From contig OX597821.1 in the NCBI GenBank assembly GCA_951406725.2, positions 20,646,001 to 20,710,000 of the forward strand: DNA of 64,000 bases. The letters run 5' to 3'. Origin of the DNA: Octopus vulgaris (Eukaryota). Made by a program: the position numbers and the translations under genes. Position 1 is the stretch's first letter. The number at the start of each line of letters is the position of its first letter. Below the pieces are notes generated by a model, which saw only the letters and a list, made by a program, of their open reading frames with translations, did no database searches and had not been told where the DNA came from. Positions 1-14,572 of the stretch are shown piece by piece.

Positions 1-2656
1 ATTAAGTATCAACACATATTGATTAAATTCTGATCTGTGAATCATTTCTTTACCCTCGCAATATTATAAAATCAAAGATGTTTGTGAATTTTTTGTACAG
101 AGTTTCTTATGGAGGGTATGTCTATTTACGAGGTGATAATTACTACTAAGCTATCATTCTGATCCAAACATTCCTGTTTGGGTCAGTTTAATATATGCTC
201 TAATATTCTATTTCTACAACTAGCCTGTAAACAACATTTGCATTTTCTTTACTTTTATTATTATCATTATTTTTTTGGAAAAAAAGTGCATTTATTGGTT
301 GCATGAATATGACCTATAGTCACGCATTTACGTATTTTTAGGTAAAGCTAAAGATGAATGTATATAATTATAGCAGCATTTATATAATGAGCCTCTGGCT
401 TCGATGCTGCAGCCGAAAAAGTGTAGAATGATTGAAAAAAAACCTCAAACATGAAGCATCAGAATGATTAATGCTATTTAAATACACAACAACAAAAAGT
501 ATTGAAAAGACAAAAATAATTCATCGAACAATATCTACAAAACCTCATCAATGTAATTAGAAATAAAATCCGCAAATTGGAAAGCCTCCAAATGCAATAG
601 TGATTTTTTTCCAAGACGTCAGTATGCAATTACAAATTACTGCACCCTCTATGTGTGTGTTTATGGAAGTATGCATGTATAAACACATGTATTTATATAT
701 GCATATGATTATATAGGCATGCGTGTATATAAATATATATGTATACATATATAATTAATATATACATATATTCATATATATGTTTACATACATGCATACA
801 TGTATATATATATATATACACAAGTATAGACCACAATGTGCAAACCCACACACACATGCGTGTGCATGTATGTGCATTTATATCTATGTCAGTGTCCTTG
901 TCTGTGTGTCTGTGTCTCTGCGTCCTCGTCCGTATGTCTATAAATATCTCTCTATCTCTTTCTCAGTCTCTCTCTCTCTTTCTCTCTCTCTAAATATATA
1001 TATATATATATATACAAACATACATACATACCCACACGCATACATATATATATATACATACATTTATGCATGCTTATTCATATAGACATGCGTCTACTGC
1101 GAAATAGTATTTTTACATTTTTAGTATGTGGTAACCATGATTAACTAATCTCGCACATGTCTCAGAGGACAAAATACAGTAACCGCAATGAAGTGTTACA
1201 GTTGTGGTTGCTGCATTTGCTGTACGACTTTAGCGACCCCGAAAAAAATTTTATATTAAACGAATTTCAGACGATTTTCATCCCATATGACAGGCTGTTT
1301 TGACACAATCTTTTCCCCAGAAGCAGTATTTACTATGTAGATTTGAGGTAACTAAATAGTATTCATCTACCAGTTAGAATTAATCACCTTTTATTTTCTA
1401 AAGCTAAAATTACTGCAGAATGTTCCCAAAATTATTAATTAACGCAATGCATTACTGAGCTCACAAAAAACAATTGTACAACGCCATTATTCATTATTGA
1501 GAATTATTAATATAAGCAATTGCATATTGTAAACATAAACCTAACGACTTTAAGATCACATTAGGAAGAAACCATTTTAAACTTTACTCATAGTGTACGT
1601 AGATTACTTAGCGATTATCTGATGTAGCTTTAATTAAATGTTCTTAAACAAACATAAATAACTATAATAACTGTATAGCAAATAGCATATTTGAAAGTAT
1701 AAGACTATGTATGGTACATGTGTTGCTACATGATTTATGAACGCAAGCTTTTCATAAAATTTTAATCACATAGGTATTTTCGAATCAAAATAAGTTAATT
1801 TGCTTCTGATTGCTCTAAATTAGATTCAATTTATCTAAAACTATGATATACACAGTGGTGACACAACATAGTTGCAATATTAAAAATTAATTCGTTTAGC
1901 ATAATATATGTGTATCCACAGCAATGAAAACCTGAAGTTAGCGTTATATGAAGAGTATGAAAAAATTATTTTATTATCGCAGGAATCAAGAATGGATTTT
2001 TTTAAATACATATCATAAGATATAATCTTGCTTTGGAATAATATACTCCGAAATAATACTATAAATTTTTCCATGCACTACGTTAAAAGACGGATTAAAA
2101 ATTACATTTGAAATTCAGAACAAATTATACAGATGCAAACATAAATACAATTTGCATAGTGATTTTAAAATATAATTTTAAGAAAACAAATTTATAAATC
2201 AGTTTAAATGTTTATGAGAAACTTGTCCAGTGAAATGCTATAGAGAAATTTTTCGCTTTAGAAAACATATGAAGCATGTTCATTCATTTCGAGGCACGCT
2301 TTTGAAAACGAGCTAATGCATTTCAAGCAACTTAGAAAGCAGAACCGGATGCTATCAAGAGAAACAACTACGAGATAACTCTGGAAACTATAGCTGCGCT
2401 TGCAGAAATTTGGTATAATCTTTTTGACAATTCGTGCAATGATTCTCTACGCTACAATAAGTTATATTTTACGTACTTCAGGCTCTGTTATGAATTAAGT
2501 TAACTTTTAGATCAGTTCAAATTAAGGTAACTTCTAGATCCTTTTGCGGAATTACTGTATAATTCACAATACCGCTTAGCTTGCATAATATATATCATAT
2601 AATAACATATGGAGATGGAATCAATATTTTGATAATGGAGTCGATATGAAGAATCT

Positions 2657-3086
2657 GGCGTAGTAGTGGCTAAGTGGTAAGTAGCTTGTTTACCAACCAC
2701 ATGGTTCTGGGTTCAGTCACGCTGCGTGGCACCTTGGGCAAGTGCCTTCTACTATAGTCTCGGGCCGATCAAAGCCTTGTGAGTGGATTTCGTAGACGGA
2801 AATTGAAAGAAGCCCGTCGTATATATGTATATGAATATATATATATAAATATGTGTGTGTGTGTGTGTGTGTGTATTTGTGTGTCTGTGTTTGTCCCCCC
2901 AACATCGCTTTACAACCGATGCTGGTGTGTTTACATCCCGTAACATTGCGTTCGTCAAAAGAGATTGATAGAATAAGTATTAGGCTTACAAAGAATAAGT
3001 CCTGGGGTCGATTTGCTCGACTAAAGGCGGTGCTCCAGCATGGCCATACTCAAACGACTGAAACAAGTAAAAGAGAGTAAAGAGTA
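2657..3086 (+). mobile_element. tRNA-derived SINE, family 1 (octopus-type) with internal (TA)n(TG)n tract
   Basis: A-box-like TGGCTAAGTGG, B-box-like GGTTCAGTC, tail GAAACAAGTAAAAGAG. Closely matches the copies at 7808, 16726, 35349 and 58734. Confidence 0.9.
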
Positions 3087-3689
3087 CATAATATATTGAA
3101 GACTTTTGAAGACAAGAATATTGAGCGAATCAGTAAAATAAATAGCAGGTGCACATCAATCTATTACCGATTCAGTATGTAACAAATTTAATAGTGATTA
3201 ATTGCAGACAAAAGAAACTATCGGGAGTTCGTAGCTCCCCAACATGTTTTTAGATTTGACTAATGCACCAAATTGTCATCAGTTCAAGTGAGCAAAATTC
3301 TTAAAACAAGTGACATAAGAACAGAAACTCAAAAGAAATTTCTTTAATTTATACTGATTCATTTTTTAAACTTGCCCTATAGATATCATGGAATAAAACC
3401 TGATAACGTTTTATGACTTACCTGAATATATCAATGTATAGAATGAGTTCATGTATATTTTCGGAAATCGTAGCTGAATGAACGCACATTGTACACAGTG
3501 TATTCGTTAATATTCTCCGAGATATCTTTCCCTCTAAAAATGCGATACTATCACCTGCAATTTCGGTATTGTGATTTCGCGTTCAAAATATATTTTTTAA
3601 TATTTTGTTTTAGCATAGGTCATTTCTTCGATTTTTCATCCTCCGACTTGATATTATAATGATAGCCATTCTTATTATCATTATCATAA

Positions 3690-4405
3690 TTATTATTATT
3701 TTATTTTTATCACAGACTTTGTTGCAACTCCTGGAGACCTGCAAACTATAGCACCATGGTATCCATTCTTCTCAGCTCTCTAATACATTCCAGATTATTC
3801 TAGCTGTGCCAAGGAAGCAGATCTGTTCTAACAGTTCTACTGGGCACTCTATTCTAATTTCCTTTATATCCCACTACATACCTTCTGATACTGTCCCCAA
3901 GGATCCAACAATAATTAACACTGTCTTCACTTCTTCATTTTCCATAGCCGAGCTATTTTGTACATAAGATGGTTGCATCTATCTCTTTTTTCGCCTTCCT
4001 TCTTGACTATTCGTGGGTCAAAGGAGCATGCAGCATCAGTTATAATACACATGTAGTGCATATTGTCAACCACCACTAGGTCCGGTCTGTTATGCTCTAG
4101 CACATGATCTGTTTGGATTGGGAAGTCCCAGAGAACATTGCTACTCTCCGACTCAGCCACTCTTTACGTTCTTGCCTCTCTCGAGCTCCCGTTTTTCGCA
4201 GTTTCTAATGTAGCACTTTCGCTACCTGATTGTGTCGCCACAACTTGTAGTGGTTTGGAGCAAGTCTAAGTAGTGTGTTCGTGATATAGGCAATAGTTTC
4301 ATCCACTTTGTTACAGATGCAGCACAGTGGAGACACTTGCTTATTCCCAAATTTGATCCTCCTGTTTGTGACCAAAGCTTGGTCCTGCGCTGTCCGTGTA
4401 GTGCT
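3690..4405 (-). mobile_element. 5'-truncated R4/Dong-type non-LTR retrotransposon (restriction-like endonuclease C-terminus), degenerate
   Basis: Minus-strand translation gives AQDQAL, zinc knuckle C..CNKVDETI, RHNQVAKVLH, LWDFPIQTD and NRPDLVVVD...D..FD...KEGEK, with frameshifts. (ATT)n flanks both sides. Confidence 0.85.
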
Positions 4406-4487
4406 CTTATTATTATGGTTATTATTATTGTTTTTGTTATTATTATTAATAATAATAATAATAATAATATCAATAATTATGATGATG

Positions 4488-4538
<51 letters not shown>

Positions 4539-4560
4539 GTAATAATAATAATAATAATAT

Positions 4561-4795
4561 CATAGTACAAATATATAACAAAAACACAAGGCCTAAGAGG
4601 TATATATAACATAGAGAAAATAGCACTAGTAGGCACCACATCCTACATAAAACATTTGCAATAAAGGAAAAATAAGAGCAACATAACAAACCACAGCACA
4701 TATCCAAGGCACATAGAGCAGCGATCGGTAGTATAGTGAAAGCACGTGTTGAAAATAAGACTACTGAATAATAATAAGGATGATAATAATATGAT
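4561..4795 (+). mobile_element. 3' end of a second R4/Dong-type element
   Basis: Encodes NIEKIALVGT then, after a frameshift, HIL..KT, resembling the RLE-element C-terminal QK..LLGTA.ILRK motif. Short 3' UTR ends in AATAATAA; (AAT)n lies upstream. Confidence 0.6.
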
Positions 4796-4820
4796 TGGAA
4801 GTGTTATCATGTACATTGTT

Positions 4821-5286
4821 TTGTCTTGGTATAAAAGCTGAGCTACAACAAATATTCTACTCAATACCACAGATTTGCTTGTCAGGTGTTTGACATTAAC
4901 CAGTTGAGCATGTCCCTTAGTGGCTGACGATATATGCATTTCTGATCACGAGCAGAAGTAGTGGTGGGGAATCATAGCCATGTGTTGAAAGGGATTCTTT
5001 GGGGTTTGAATAATTCACGTCTGGAAACAAGGGTGTTTCTTTCAACAACCCTTATTCAGGGACGTTTTGAACAGGATGGGTTACTCGACCAGAAGAAAAT
5101 ACTAACTGGGCCCCACCTGCAAGGTCATATGCTGTTTATCCTGATATGAGATCACCATGTCGCGCACATATGTTTGTGATGCATGTGCCTAGTGTACCCT
5201 TATCAGATGGGTTGTAATGATGGGTATACTGGGCTTTATATATTTTACCAAGTGTTACTTTGATGGCATGCACCGCTCTGTCACTC

Positions 5287-5348
<62 letters not shown>

Positions 5349-5351
5349 TAA
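4821..5351 (+). mobile_element. ~470 bp non-coding interspersed element with (AAT)n tail, copy 1
   Basis: Three similar copies in the window. Starts TTGTCTTGGTATAAAAG and ends CACTC(AAT)n. Confidence 0.8.
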
Positions 5352-5352
5352 T

Positions 5353-5772
5353 TTGTCTTGGTATAAAAGATGGGCTAGTGCAAATATTCTGCTCAATATC
5401 ACAGATTTGCTTGTCAGGTGTTTGACCTTAACCTGTTGAACATTCCCACTAGTGGCTGACGATATGTGCATCTCTCATCAAGAGCAGAAGTAGAGGAGGA
5501 GCATCATAGCCATGTGTTGAGAGGAATTGTTTGGAGTTTGGATAATTCACATTTGAAAATATGGGTGTTTCTTCAATATCCCCAAGCAACCTTTATTCAG
5601 TGACCTTTTGAGCAGGATGGTTTATTCGACCTGAAGAAAATTCTTATTGGGCCCCACCTGCAAGGTCATGCGCTGTTTATCTTAATATGATATCAGCATG
5701 TCGCGCACATATGGTTGTGATGCATGTGCCTTGTGTATACTTATCAGACGGGTAATCATGATGGGTATAGTG
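5353..5772 (+). mobile_element. ~470 bp element, copy 2 (3' truncated)
   Basis: Direct repeat of 4821-5250 starting right after the (AAT)n tail of copy 1. Confidence 0.8.
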
Positions 5773-5780
5773 GCATTTGT

Positions 5781-6192
5781 AGCAATGCATGCCATCAATG
5801 TGACGCTAGGGTAAAATATACGAAGTCCAGTATACCCATCATGACTAACCGCGAGATAAGGCACATTATCACAACAATATGTGCACAATATTGTGATCTC
5901 ATATCAAGATAAACAGCGCATGATTTTCTCAGGTGGGGCCCAGTTAGATTTTCCTTCAGGACGAGTTACCAATCCCGCTCAAAAATTCAGTGAATATGGA
6001 TTGTTTAAAGATGTTGAACGAAACAGCCATGTTTCCAGATGTGAATTCGTCTCAACACATAGCTATGAGGCTCCCCCACAACTTATGCTCGTTATCATTG
6101 ATGCAGCCACTAAGGGACATGCTCAACTGGTTAAGATCAAACAACTGAGAAGCAAATCAGTGGTATTGAGCAGAATATTTGTTGTAGCCCGT
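5781..6192 (-). mobile_element. ~470 bp element, copy 3 (inverted, more diverged)
   Basis: Reverse complement of copies 1 and 2, e.g. CCACTAAGGGACATGCTCAACTGGTTAAG and GTATACCCATCATGACT. Confidence 0.8.
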
Positions 6193-6218
6193 TGTTATTA
6201 TCGTTGCCGTTTATGTTG

Positions 6219-6219
<1 letters not shown>

Positions 6220-6266
<47 letters not shown>

Positions 6267-6470
6267 TTCTTCTTCTTCTTCTTCTTCTTCTTGTTGATAT
6301 TCTTCTTCTTCTTCTTCATCTTATAATAATAATAATGATAATAATAATAATAATAATTATAATAATAATAATAATAATTATAATAATAATAATAATTATT
6401 ATTATTATTATTATTATAATTATTATTATTATTATTATTATTATTGTTATTATTATTATTATTGTTGTTA

Positions 6471-6514
<44 letters not shown>

Positions 6515-6533
6515 ATTATTACTATTATTATTG
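6220..6533. repeat. Compound trinucleotide microsatellite (CAT)n(CTT)n(AAT)n(ATT)n
   Basis: Read directly from the sequence. Confidence 0.95.
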
Positions 6534-7015
6534 AGTAGTCTTATTTCATTGCGTGCTTTCTCTGCCCTACAGGAAGCTATTGCTTGTTACGAGATTTAGT
6601 CTATATTTTAAGCTTCACATTCGGGTTCTCTCTCTTTTCAATATCTTCATATTATGATGATTCTCTTCCCATCTTATTTACATACAGATGGCTAGTATTT
6701 CGATTAGGGAGCACGTCAGTTTCCTGTTGTCTGCTTGTACTTCACAACAACAGGCGCCGCTTTATACTTGCTTCTTTTTACTATCATGCTCCTAAGATAT
6801 ACATTAGTGCCAAGAATACACACAGTTACGAGGTCGATTCAAGTATTAAACAGGTCATGAAGATGTCACTTACCATATCTTCTAATTTTAGACAGGCGAC
6901 GTTAAACAAGATTCATTTCTCAAAGTTGCATGGAACGTCATGAACTCTCTCTCTCCTCCCCCTCTCTCTCTCTATCTATCTATCTATCTCTCTACTCTCA
7001 CTTTTTTCTTCAAGT

Positions 7016-7556
7016 ATCACTTGAAGAAAAAAGTGAGAGTAGAGAGGCAAGTTTTGTCTAGTGAATGTTTTAAAAAAAGATGGGTGAATGTAGCAAGGAT
7101 GGCACGTATGAATGACGAAGCCACCTTGACTATGGTTCTATGAACCGTAAAAATTAATACAGAGAGTTGCTTATTTGCAAAAAAAAAAAAAAAAAAAAAG
7201 AAATATAACATGTGACTTCATTGACCGAGGTTACCGTGGTCTTTTCCGTAGGCTTTTCTTTCCACGGGTAAACCTCACCTGTCCTCCCCTTTACACTTCA
7301 TATTGACATTTCTGTGATAACGATCCCTATTGATCAATTTTTTTCCTCTCCCCCTTTTTTTAACCCCCCTTTTTTTGTCCTCTTTCTCTCCTTTTACGAT
7401 CCCTTTTGATCGACCCCCCCTTTTTTATTTTATTTTTATTTTATTTTTTATTTTTTATTTTTTATTTTTTTTATTTTTTAAACCTTCAAAAGAAAAGCTC
7501 TACCTTGTAATTTGTTCTATTTGTGTGCAGCCCTGTGTGGCTAATAAAGAAACATA
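7016..7556 (+). mobile_element. 3' end of an L1/Tx1-like non-LTR retrotransposon
   Basis: ORF end HLKKKVRVERQVLSSECFKKRWVNVARM...* (F...W C-terminal motif typical of L1/Tx1 ORF2). T-rich 3' UTR with a stem-loop at about 7226-7275 and AATAAA at 7543-7548. (TATC)n on both flanks. Confidence 0.6.
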
Positions 7557-7780
<224 letters not shown>

Positions 7781-7807
7781 TCATCCTTATTGTCGCACAT
7801 AGTGTGA

Positions 7808-8216
7808 TACTCTTTTACTATTTTACTTGTTTCAGTCATTTGACTGTGGCCATGCTGGAGCACCACCTTTAGTCGAGCAACTCGACCCCGGGACTTATTC
7901 TTTGTAGGCCCAGTACTTATTCTATCGGTCTCTTTTGCCGAACCGCTAAGGGACAGGGACGTAAACACACCAGCATCGGTTGTCAAGCAATGCTAGGGGG
8001 ACAAACACAGACACACAAACACACACATACATATATATACATATACATATATACGACAGGCTTCTTTCAGTTTCCGTCTACCAAATCCACTCACAAGGCT
8101 TTGGTCGGCCCGGGGCTATAGCAGAAGACACTTGCCCAAGATGCCACGCAGTGGGACTGAACCCGGAACCATGTGGTTGGTTAGCAAGCTACTTACCATA
8201 CAGCCACTCCTGCGCC
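7808..8216 (-). mobile_element. SINE family 1, full length
   Basis: Reverse complement of 2657-3086; begins GGCGCAGGAGTGGCTGTATGGTAAG on the minus strand. Confidence 0.9.
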
Positions 8217-8623
8217 TAAGATGTGTTTATTTGGTGGATAAATTACCTTGATTCACTCCATATCAGAATATTTCCTTGTCGTACCTACGCATAATTGGTT
8301 GTGTACATATATGTGCATGTATGTGCGTGTATGTGCGTGTATGTATGTGTGTGTATGTGTGTGTGTGTGTGTCTGTGTGTCTATGTATTTCCGTTCCTAC
8401 GAGTACCAATGAAGTGAATCCGTACACCACCTTTCTTTGGCACTCTCATTCTCTATACCTGCCAACAAAAATGTATAACAAATGTACGCAGGTATCTATT
8501 TGCTCACATTTGAATGCGCCTAAATACTTACATAAGTGGTATGCGTGTACATAGGTACAAACATGCTTACAGACGTGCATACATACATGTATAGACACAC
8601 ACACACATATATATGTATATATA

Positions 8624-8662
<39 letters not shown>

Positions 8663-8742
8663 GTATGTATAGGTATATATACATTTCTACACACATATAT
8701 ATACATACTACATACATATATGTTTGTATATATATATGTATG

Positions 8743-8780
<38 letters not shown>

Positions 8781-9172
8781 TATATATATATGTATTTACA
8801 CACACACACACACACATATATGTGTATACACACACAAATATATATATATATATGCCCAGGGAGACAGACAGACACGTATATATGTAGGAAGAAAATACAT
8901 TGCACCGATGTTGTATATGTACCTATAAATATTTAGTCACGGTTTTACTTTCGTAAGTAAAAATATGCCTCAAGGGAAAGCTTGTAAAATAAAGCATCTA
9001 AATAAGCAAGAAATGACGTATTCACTTCAAACAGTAAACTGTCTCGAGGACTTTAACAACCTGTAAAATTTTTGCGTACTTAAACTTCTGAGGAAAATGC
9101 TCTGAGGAGTTGTGTACAGTCAAACAGATACACCTTTGTATGAATATACAACTCTCTCTCTCTCTCTCTCTC

Positions 9173-9239
<67 letters not shown>

Positions 9240-9250
9240 TTATCTATCTA

Positions 9251-9306
<56 letters not shown>

Positions 9307-9370
9307 CTATAATATATGTATATGCGTGTGCGCGTCTATGCACGCATATATTCATATATATACATATGCT

Positions 9371-9410
<40 letters not shown>

Positions 9411-9558
9411 TATCTATATATAAATATATGTATATATATGTATATATATGATTATCTATCTATGTGTCGATCTATCTATGTATATGTATATTTACATACA
9501 TGCACAAACATACATATATATACATACATACGCATGCGTATTCATGCATATACTTATA

Positions 9559-9614
<56 letters not shown>

Positions 9615-10334
9615 TAGGCACATGCAAATGGATGTAAGTATTCACGTAGGCATCTTTGTGTGCGTGTATAGAAACATCCATGTAAGTATATTATATGTAT
9701 TTCTATACACATGCATATATAACCGAAATTAAATGATGACACAAGACACACATCCTAATTAATACCATGCGATTGGACAAGATGCGCCGTTGGCCATTGT
9801 TTTCGAAGTAAAGAAATATCTCGGTTATGGAGAAACAGATCAAATTTTACATTCATCAAATTCCACCAGATTGTTCACGTGCTCACATCCACAAAATAAC
9901 CTGCATATACACAAACATATACCTTAATAAATGCGGATAAATATGTTCATAAACTTAGCTGCAATCATATTTACACGCAATTTGCTTACAAAATTTGTTT
10001 ATTAGTACCTGAATTTCAATTATTTTGTACTGAAGTTTTTACATTTTTAATTACTTTCTATCCTTACATAATACAGAATATAATTTCTTACAAATATTCA
10101 ATTTATTAGAATGAAATTTGCAAACGCACACAACTGGATACATGTGCAACAGTCAAGTACATGTATATATATATATATATACGTGTTTGTGTATGTGTGT
10201 GTGCATGTATATGTGTGAGTGTGAGTGTTTGCGTCTCTGTGTATGTCTCCCTCCCTTTGTGTATATATATATATATAAAATATATATATATATATCATAT
10301 ATATCTATATATATATTGATATATATACATATAA

Positions 10335-10385
<51 letters not shown>

Positions 10386-10590
10386 TACATACACACGCAC
10401 GCACACATACACAGACACAAACACACTTATATATAACGAGAAAGAGAGAAAGAGTGGGTGACGGAGGGAGGTAAGATAGATTTTATAGATAGATAATTAG
10501 ATAGACAGTCAGACAGGCAAGGAAGTGTATACACACATATATCTTTATATATATAAGCATATATGATACGTATATATATATATATGTATG

Positions 10591-10624
<34 letters not shown>

Positions 10625-10634
10625 TGTATGTATG

Positions 10635-10714
<80 letters not shown>

Positions 10715-11133
10715 TGATAGATCATTACGGCTCGAGTAATAAATGTCGATAGAAGATAGCGTATGTAAGTATATGTATTTATCAACACAAACACGAGAGT
10801 TTCTCGCGTGTAAAATAACACACTGATACACAAACACAACGACGTACGCATTAAAACACACCACAAACGGACACGTGCACACACATTGACAAATGTATAG
10901 GTCTATACGTGTATGTTCCTATGCATATACTGCTATGCAAATTCATGTAAATGTGCGAATGAAATATATTGCTTAATTTTTAAACTTAATCAATATTCAT
11001 GTCTTTGATGGCTATCGATTATCTCACCCTATTTCGCTATTTTTTTTTAAACAAGCAAATATTCGAAGAAGACAAGCAAAAAGACTAATATATACAAAGA
11101 TGATTAATAAGCTATGATTTATTGTTTTAGAAT

Positions 11134-11695
<562 letters not shown>

Positions 11696-12113
11696 TACCG
11701 ATGTTGTTTATTGTTTTCGTTATTAATTTTGACACTCTTTCTCATCCACTTAACAGTAACTGAAGTAGATGAGAACTCTTAGATGATTGTCGAAGACAAT
11801 AGCCGTGTATTTGTTTTTTCTATTTTTTTAATGTTTATTTATTTATTTATTTTTTGCTGTTCTCATTTAGTAAATTTCTTAAATATTCTCGATCTTGATG
11901 TAAAAATGGATATGTTTGCGTGTGGGGGTTTGGCGAGCGTTTTGTGCGTGTGTATATATATCTATGTATGATTATTTATGTGTATATCCATAAATGTATG
12001 CACATATATACACACACATAGACATATAGTACATGCATACATATATATATATATTAGTATGTATATATATGTGTATATATATATATACATATATATGTAT
12101 ATATATATAAAAT

Positions 12114-12187
<74 letters not shown>

Positions 12188-12931
12188 ATATATATGTATG
12201 TATGTATAAGTATATAAAATGTATGTGTATGTACGTGTGTGTGAGATTATAGTAACGATAGTGGATGTCGTTAAGATTCTGTCTCTCTTTTCTTTTCTGA
12301 TATACGTACACGTATACATAAATATAGATACATCGTTAGATAGATGAAGATGGTTGTGTATACAGGTATAGCTACACACGCGGGCACACACGCACAAACA
12401 TGCACTCACACATACACACGCACATATACACATACATACACATACATGCACTCAAACACACGCACACACGCACACATGGTGGATCGCAACTCCTTGCTTG
12501 TATTATATTGCTGTGAAATCGTGATTAAATTATATTCAATCAAAATTGTGCTATTCATATGCATATTATAATCTGTTTTTCTATTTTCACTCAGAGACAT
12601 GAGGGTTTGTAGATAACTTTATGTATAACAACCAATTAAATGTTTCCTAAGTTTATATATATCAAAGATATAAGAAATTATAATACTGCGATCAACTTAC
12701 AAACTCCGAAAATATGGGAAGCTAAATATATTAACTGTACTTATATAAAACGTTTCATAACTGGAAGCTCCTCAAATGCTATAGGGTGATTGGAATTTCT
12801 TTAAAAATACAACACAGTTGATCTGAATGAATTCTTTGCCTAAATGATGAAAAGCAATACGTAATGTTTTCAGCCAGCCAAACTTCATAACAAAGCAAAC
12901 GACAGTTAGTTTGTAATAAGTGCGTCAGGAC

Positions 12932-13123
12932 GGCGGCGAGGTGGCAGAATCGTTAGCACACTGGGTTAAATGCTTAGCGATATTTCATCCGTCTCTATGC
13001 TCTGAGTTCAAATTCATTTGAAGTAGACTTTGCTTTTCATCCTTTCAGTATCTATAAAATAATATCAGTTCAACAGTGGGGTTGATGTGATTGACTTACT
13101 GCACTAACCCGAAATTGATGGCC

Positions 13124-13124
<1 letters not shown>
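12932..13124 (+). mobile_element. tRNA-derived SINE, family 2
   Basis: Head GGCGGCGAGGTGGCAGAATCGTTAGC, B-box GAGTTCAAAT, central TTTCATCCTTTC...TAAAATAA block. Many copies in the window. Confidence 0.8.
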
Positions 13125-13155
<31 letters not shown>

Positions 13156-13161
13156 GGCCAT

Positions 13162-13199
<38 letters not shown>

Positions 13200-13324
13200 G
13201 ACGGTGCATCAGCATGGCCGCAGCTCTGAGTTGAAACTAGAAATAAAATATATATATATATATATGAGCGTGTGAACGTGAGTATAAAAACATATATTTA
13301 TATTTTCAAAATATACACATATAG

Positions 13325-13389
<65 letters not shown>

Positions 13390-14228
13390 TACATATATAT
13401 ATGCATAAGATCAGCAGTCTTCAGAGGCATATATTAGTATATACCATGAATTCGAATGCTTGAAGAGTGTTGTATATCATCGGTCCACTTGAAAGATGAA
13501 GGTATTTTAACTCAGAACATAAAGAACAGCAGAGAAATAGCAACATTATTTATCCATTTCCCAATACTCTTTAGTGCTGTTATTGATGAATAGCGGCTGT
13601 AAGTAACTTCGACATTGTGATGGTTAAATATTAATTTACAGCTTTTGTTTTCACTCCGTACTCATTATTCCTTACCTCTTGTATGTGGTGATAACGGCTA
13701 AGTACTTTTCTTCAGCCTATGCTTATATTGAGGAGTTGTATTCATTTGCTCCCAGTATATTCTTCGGAATATCAGCTCCTAAATTTTTGAGTATTTACAC
13801 TAACATGTAAATCAAATCCCTGGAATAGGGCAAAAGAGCGTTTATAATTTGCATACACTTGTAGAAAGTACACTGCAATTGTAAGTAGTCGAGATACACA
13901 CGTATACGAGCCCATGCACATATCATTATTTTTATGTACACATCTTTATATGCACATGCACATATATACGCATATGCATATATATGCACAAATATACATA
14001 CACACATACGCAAAAACATAAACCGTAAACTCATTCAAACCGCGCAAATCTTGAATATACATACGAGTTGTGTATGTATAGGGGTGCATATATATATATA
14101 TATATATATATACACAAATACACCCTCATGTCTGTCAAACACACCTACACCTGCAGATATACAAACGTATATACATTCATATATGTTTGGAGGCATGAGA
14201 CAAGTACAACGGATACAAACTTACACTC

Positions 14229-14290
<62 letters not shown>

Positions 14291-14350
14291 TCGTACATTA
14301 CTTTCTCCACACCTATTGGAATAACTTCCTATTATACAACGGTTTTTCTT

Positions 14351-14410
14351 AATAACTGACGAGATGTCGGAGCAGACTTCAGCCCCGACATCCGAAACTT
14401 GAATTTTATT
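14351..14410 (+). ncRNA. Degenerate type I hammerhead ribozyme motif in a (TA)n insert
   Basis: aataa-CTGACGA-gatgtcgg..ccgacatc-c-GAAA-cttgaa-TT-ttatt. Stem I aataa/ttatt and an 8-bp stem II; stem III is mismatched. Confidence 0.55.
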
Positions 14411-14429
14411 TTAACAACTAACTGATCGT

Positions 14430-14482
<53 letters not shown>

Positions 14483-14493
14483 TTGTATGCATG

Positions 14494-14563
<70 letters not shown>

Positions 14564-14572
14564 TGCATAAAT

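Noticed and set aside
2512-3080. Recurrent short ORFs such as CPRCHA and MTTDAGVFTS
   Set aside because: Incidental reading frames within SINE family 1 copies.
6545-6943. Strong splice-acceptor-like site at 6572 and a 119-aa ORF
   Set aside because: No recognisable protein and no convincing partner exons; cannot be supported without RNA data.
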